The notes under the pieces: model-generated
What the model was told of the DNA's origin: nothing
What the model saw: only the letters and a program-made list of their open reading frames with translations
Database searches by the model: none
Part shown: piece after piece, positions 28,084-32,000 of the stretch
How positions within the stretch are numbered: position 1 is the stretch's first letter
Layout: the number at the start of each line of letters is the position of its first letter
Position numbers and translations under genes: made by a program
NCBI RefSeq assembly: GCF_042660085.1
Contig: NZ_JBHSTI010000008.1
Coordinates: 750,001-782,000 of the forward strand
Length of the DNA: 32,000 bases
Direction of reading: 5' to 3'
Source: Longivirga aurantiaca
Lineage (GTDB): Bacteria > Actinomycetota > Actinomycetes > S36-B12 > CAIYMF01

Positions 28084-28802
28084 CGAGCCCGATGCGCACG
28101 ATCGGTCTCCTCGGCGGCACCTCGTGGGAGTCGACCGCCGACTACTACGCCCTGCTGAACCGTGGCGCGGCCGAGCGGCTCGGCCCCTTGCGGCAGCCGC
28201 CGATCGTCCTGCACTCCGTGGACTTCGCCGAGCTCGCGGCGCTGCAGGCCGCAGACCGCTGGGACGTCCTCGCCGAGCAGTACGCCGCCATCACGCACGC
28301 GCTCGTCGACGCGGGTGCGACGGTCCTCGGCATCTGCGCCAACTCGATGCACCTGGTGGCCGACCAGGTCCGCGCGGCGGCGGGGGAGTCGGCAGCTCTC
28401 GTCCACATCGTCGACGCGACCGCCGAGGCGGTCCGCCGCGAGGGTGCCTCACGCGTCGCTCTGCTCGGCACGGCGTACACGATGGAGAAGCCGTTCTACG
28501 TCGAGGCTCTCCGGACGAGGGGCCTCGACGTCGTCGTCCCGGCCGCCGACGAGCGAGCCGAGCTGCAGCGGATCATCTACTCCGAGCTGACGCAGGGCGT
28601 GGTCCGGCCTGAGTCGCGCGCCTACCTGCTCGAGGTCGTACGTCGCTGCGCGGATGAGGGTGCCGAGGCGGCGCTGCTCGCGTGCACCGAGTTCCAGATG
28701 CTCGTCACGCCCGGCGCCCCCGACTCCGCGCTGCCGCTCGTGGACACCACCCGCGAGCACGCCCGTGCGCTGCTCGACGCCGCGATCGACGGACCGGCAT
28801 GA
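28080..28802 (+). CDS. Aspartate/glutamate racemase family protein
   Basis: The translation contains MRTIGLLGGTSWESTADYY, GICANSMH and ALLACTEF, giving the two catalytic Cys contexts of the Asp/Glu/hydantoin racemase family. GTG 28080 overlaps the upstream stop (GTGA), with AAGGAG 6 nt upstream. Confidence 0.85.
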   Translation: MTSPMRTIGLLGGTSWESTADYYALLNRGAAERLGPLRQPPIVLHSVDFAELAALQAADRWDVLAEQYAAITHALVDAGATVLGICANSMHLVADQVRAAAGESAALVHIVDATAEAVRREGASRVALLGTAYTMEKPFYVEALRTRGLDVVVPAADERAELQRIIYSELTQGVVRPESRAYLLEVVRRCADEGAEAALLACTEFQMLVTPGAPDSALPLVDTTREHARALLDAAIDGPA

Positions 28803-29269
28803 CCAAGGAGGGTGGCGTCGGACCGATCGTCGAGTCGGTGTTCGTCCCGGCAGACCCTGAGGCTGTTTACGCCGCCTTCACGGACGGCATCGGCACGTGG
28901 TGGCCGGTCGGCACGCACTCCGTCTCCGGGGTCGTCGTCGAGGGCCTCGAGCTCGAGGCGCACGCCGGCGGGCTGCTCGTGGAGGTGTGGGCCGACGGCA
29001 CGCGTGCGCCGTGGGCGCACGTGGTCACCGTGGTGCCGGCGTCGCTCCTCTCGTTCGCGTGGAACCCGGGCGGCGGCCCACGCCCCGCCACGACCGTCGA
29101 GGTCGCCTTCACGGCTGTGGCCGAGGGCACCCAGGTGCGCGTGACGCACTCCGGCTGGGAGCCCCTCGGCGAGGAGGCGCGGATGGACTACGTGGCGGGC
29201 TGGCCGTTCGTGCTCGACCGCCTGGCGCTGCACGTGAGCCGACCCGGACCGCGCGCAGACTGGGCCTGA
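28799..29269 (+). CDS. SRPBCC (AHSA1/START-like) family protein
   Basis: 156 aa. IVESVFVPADPEAVYAAFTD, WWP and VTHSGWE fit the Aha1-like SRPBCC pattern. The ATG overlaps the racemase stop (ATGA). Confidence 0.7.
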   Translation: MTKEGGVGPIVESVFVPADPEAVYAAFTDGIGTWWPVGTHSVSGVVVEGLELEAHAGGLLVEVWADGTRAPWAHVVTVVPASLLSFAWNPGGGPRPATTVEVAFTAVAEGTQVRVTHSGWEPLGEEARMDYVAGWPFVLDRLALHVSRPGPRADWA

Positions 29270-29279
29270 GCGGCCGCCG

Positions 29280-29780
29280 TCAGACCAGGGCGGCGGTGAC
29301 CGTGGGCGCGGTGCGCAGCGTCTGCAGCACCACGCAGTAGCGCTCGGTGAGCCGCAGCAGCGTCGCCAGCGCGTCGGCGTCGGCGTCCGACTGGACGTCG
29401 AACGACAGGCGGATGTCGGAGAACCCGACCGGTGCCTCCTTGTCGACGCCGAGGGTCCCGCGGAAGTCGAGGTCGCCGTCGGCGGTGATGCTGCCGGAGG
29501 CGATGGTGATCCCCATCGACGTCGCCACCGCCTGCATCGTGACGCCGGCGCACGCCACGAGGGCCTGCAGCAGCATGTCGCCGGAGCAGACCGCCATGCC
29601 GCTGCCGCCGGTGGCCGGGTGAAGGCCGGCCTCCACGAGGGCGCGCCCCGTCTGCACGGAGCAGGTGAGCCCCTCGGTCAGGTCGCCGGTGGCCGACAGG
29701 GTGACGAGCGCGGTCGCAGCGTCCTCGCGGTAGCGCTCCTTGAGCGGTGCCTGCAGCGCCTTGAGCTCGTCCTGGAGCAT
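29280..29780 (-). CDS. OsmC/Ohr family peroxiredoxin-like protein
   Basis: 166 aa. Two conserved Cys contexts are present (AVCSGDMLLQALVACAG and LTERYCVVLQTL). SD GAGGAAGGGA lies upstream. The 526-aa track ORF is an upstream extension through antisense sequence. Confidence 0.85.
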   Translation of the reverse strand: MLQDELKALQAPLKERYREDAATALVTLSATGDLTEGLTCSVQTGRALVEAGLHPATGGSGMAVCSGDMLLQALVACAGVTMQAVATSMGITIASGSITADGDLDFRGTLGVDKEAPVGFSDIRLSFDVQSDADADALATLLRLTERYCVVLQTLRTAPTVTAALV

Positions 29781-29803
29781 GGCGACGTCCCTTCCTCGAA
29801 GTG

Positions 29804-30529
29804 CTAGGCCAGTACGAGCGCGACGACCGAGGCGAGCGAGAGCACGTACATCGCGATGATCAGCACGGCCTCGTCCTTGGCCGCCGCGCTGCCCTCCTTC
29901 TTCACCGAGCCGCCCACCACGAGGCTGAGGTCGAAGAGGAAGTGCAGCACGATCGGGAGCCACAGCGAGCCGGTCAGCACCAGCGAGGCGAAGAGGCCGA
30001 GGCCCATGAGCGCGGAGGCCACGACCTGCTGCACCGTGGTCTTCGCGTCCTGCCCGTTGAGGATGTTGGCCCCGTGCAGCAGCCCGAAGACCACCGACGA
30101 GACCACACCGACCCAGACCAGGCCGAGCCCGGCCTCCTGCAGCGCGCCGACGAAGTAGCCGCGGATGAGCAGCTCCTCGGACAGCCCCACGAGGAACGTC
30201 GCGAGCAGTGCGACGCCGACGAAGCGCCCGTTCACCTGCGACCAGGGATTGCGCACCAGGCGCAGGACGACGCCGAGCAGGATCACGACCGGGATCGCCC
30301 ACAGCCACGCCGCGGAGACGGTCGGCGCGAAGGAGAAGGCGTCGGCCAGCCGTCCGGTCGCGGCGAGGAAAGCCACGAGCACCGCCGTCATGACCGCGAC
30401 GGGGATGAGCACGCCCTTGCGGAGGTTCGGCTCGCTCTCGGCGATGGCGACGTACGGCACGCCTGACGCCTTCTGCAGCGCTATCAGCCCGGCCAGGTAC
30501 ACCGCGCACACGACGATCCCGAGCAGCAT
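29804..30529 (-). CDS. CPBP family intramembrane glutamic endopeptidase (CAAX protease-like)
   Basis: 241 aa and polytopic. Motif 1 is GLSEELLIRGY (EExxxR), motif 2 is FGLLHG (FxxxH) and motif 3 is IVLHFLFD (HxxxD). Confidence 0.85.
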   Translation of the reverse strand: MLLGIVVCAVYLAGLIALQKASGVPYVAIAESEPNLRKGVLIPVAVMTAVLVAFLAATGRLADAFSFAPTVSAAWLWAIPVVILLGVVLRLVRNPWSQVNGRFVGVALLATFLVGLSEELLIRGYFVGALQEAGLGLVWVGVVSSVVFGLLHGANILNGQDAKTTVQQVVASALMGLGLFASLVLTGSLWLPIVLHFLFDLSLVVGGSVKKEGSAAAKDEAVLIIAMYVLSLASVVALVLA

Positions 30530-30603
30530 GGCACCACCTCGCCGGGCGCCGGCCCCTCGGTGGCGTCCGCACCGACTCTAGCGACGCGTGCGAGGCTGGA
30601 CCC

Positions 30604-31836
30604 GTGGACATCTCCCGTGAGCTCGACGTCGTCGTCTTCGGTGCCAGCGGCTTCGTCGGCCGCCTGACGGCCGAGCACCTCGCCGCACATGCCCCCAGCG
30701 GCACGCGCATCGGCCTCTCCGGCCGCTCGCTCGAACGCCTCACGGAGGTGCGCGACTCGCTCGGCCCGGATGCCGCCGGCTGGCCGCTGATCGTCGCCGA
30801 CGTCGACGAGCCGGCGTCGCTGCGGGCGCTCGCCGCACGCACCCGCGTGCTCGCGACCACCGTCGGTCCCTACCTGAAGTACGGCCTCGGAGTCGTCGAG
30901 GCGTGCGCGTCGGCCGGCACCGACTACGTCGACCTCACCGGGGAGGTCCTGTTCGTCCGCGAGTCTCTCGACCACTGGGCCGACGTGGCCCGCGACTCCG
31001 GCGCGCGCATCGTGCACTCGTGCGGCTTCGACTCCATCCCGTCCGACCTGGGCGTCCTGCTGCTCGCCGAGGCGGCGCACGCCGACGGCGCCGGCACGCT
31101 CGAGGAGACCGTGCTGGTCGTGCGCTCGTTCGGCGGCGGGGTGAGCGGCGGCACGATCGACTCCGCGCGGACGATGGCGATGGCCGTCGCCGACGACCGC
31201 TCCCTGCTCAAGGTCCTCGGCGACCCGTACGCCCTCAGCCCCGACCGCGACGCCGAGCCCGACACCGCGCAGCCGTCCGACAACGCGCGCATCCGCCGCA
31301 GCGCCGGGCTGGGCACGTGGGTCGGCCCGTTCGTGATGGCGTCGTACAACACCCGCGTGGTGCGGATGTCCAACGCGCTGCAGGACTGGGCCTACGGCCG
31401 CACCTTCCGCTACGGCGAGGAGATGGCGTACGGCGGCGACGTGCTGGCCCCCGTCCGTGCGGCGGCGGTGAACGCCGGGCTGGCCGCGGGCGTGGCGGCC
31501 TTCGCGTTCGGGCCGACCCGCGCGGTCGTCGACCGCTTCCTGCCCAAGCCGGGCGAGGGGCCGAGCGAGGAGACGCGGATGAACGGCCACTTCAGCGTCG
31601 AGGTCCGCAGCCGTACGACCAGCGGGGCGACGTACGGCGCGGTCATCGCCGCCGACGGCGACCCCGGCTACCAGGCGACGTCGGTGATGCTCGGCGAGAG
31701 CGCGCTCGCGCTCGTGCACGACCGCGACCGTCTGCCCGACCGTGCGGGCGTGCTCACAGCGGCGTCGGGGATCGGCAGCGTGCTCGCGGAGCGCCTGCGC
31801 GCGCAGGGCTTCACGATCACGGTCCAGCGCATCTGA
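30604..31836 (+). CDS. Saccharopine dehydrogenase-like NAD(P)-binding oxidoreductase (trans-acting enoyl reductase family)
   Basis: 410 aa. It has an N-terminal Rossmann VVVFGASGFVGRLTAEHL plus TTVGPYLKYG, YVDLTGEV and VHSCGFDSIPSDLG, typical of this actinobacterial family. Confidence 0.85.
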   Translation: MDISRELDVVVFGASGFVGRLTAEHLAAHAPSGTRIGLSGRSLERLTEVRDSLGPDAAGWPLIVADVDEPASLRALAARTRVLATTVGPYLKYGLGVVEACASAGTDYVDLTGEVLFVRESLDHWADVARDSGARIVHSCGFDSIPSDLGVLLLAEAAHADGAGTLEETVLVVRSFGGGVSGGTIDSARTMAMAVADDRSLLKVLGDPYALSPDRDAEPDTAQPSDNARIRRSAGLGTWVGPFVMASYNTRVVRMSNALQDWAYGRTFRYGEEMAYGGDVLAPVRAAAVNAGLAAGVAAFAFGPTRAVVDRFLPKPGEGPSEETRMNGHFSVEVRSRTTSGATYGAVIAADGDPGYQATSVMLGESALALVHDRDRLPDRAGVLTAASGIGSVLAERLRAQGFTITVQRI

Positions 31837-31840
31837 CTCA

Positions 31841-31888
31841 GGCTGGATGCCAGATCCCGGGCCCCGTCCCGGAAACCGGCATCCAACC
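31841..31888. terminator. Two-tier hairpin between convergent genes
   Basis: The outer stem is GGCTGGATGCC / GGCATCCAACC (11 bp, 1 mismatch). The inner stem is CCGGG / CCCGG. Confidence 0.4.
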
Positions 31889-31894
31889 TCGCAC

Positions 31895-32000
31895 CTACTG
31901 GAGCTGGCTCAGGAGGAACGCCGCGGCGAAGCCGGTCGTGGTCACGAGCCCGACGAGCCGGCCGCCGTTCTCGAAGGCCTCCGGCATCATCGTGTCGGCC
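31895..32000 (-). CDS. 3' end of an unidentified gene that continues beyond the window
   Basis: The minus-strand frame ending at TAG (31895-31897) reads ...ADTMMPEAFENGGRLVGLVTTTGFAAAFLLSQLQ*. All 35 codons end in G/C, which is a strong coding signal in this genome. It is too short to appear in the ORF track or to assign a family. Confidence 0.5.
   Translation of the reverse strand, partial: ADTMMPEAFENGGRLVGLVTTTGFAAAFLLSQLQ

Overview
Very GC-rich (by eye over 70%), gene-dense chromosomal segment that looks like Actinomycetota core genome. I saw no transposase or integrase, no tRNA or rRNA, and no CRISPR array. Gene order: 3' part of a divergent urease alpha subunit (+); TetR regulator (-); an untracked 57-codon membrane ORF (+); thioredoxin-TPR protein (+); a compositionally atypical lipoprotein (+); CDF metal exporter and agmatine deiminase (-); two translationally coupled ATP-grasp ligase genes (+); HelD/HelR-type RNA-polymerase-associated helicase (+); a Cys-rich secreted protein (+); furA-katG (+); glgB-glgE (-) divergent from glgP (+), which is the mycobacterial-type GlgE alpha-glucan locus; a Tdi1/DUF1851-like orphan gene and glgX (-); enoyl-CoA hydratase and SAM methyltransferase (+); GNAT (-); hexapeptide acyltransferase, Asp/Glu-type racemase and SRPBCC in an overlapping operon (+); OsmC and CPBP protease (-); saccharopine-dehydrogenase-like reductase (+); and the 3' end of one more gene (-). 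Most long ORFs in the six-frame track are antisense or off-frame artefacts of the high GC content. There is no obvious defence or mobile island. The best candidate for an undescribed system is the divergent aguA / double ATP-grasp module (5203-9026). Other points worth a second look: several strong palindromes in promoter regions, a recurring leaderless-promoter geometry that moves several start codons, an unusually long hairpin after helD, low-complexity N-terminal tails on GlgE and GlgB, and a methyltransferase/acyltransferase cluster beside the glucan genes. All functional calls rest on motif recognition by eye; no searches were run.
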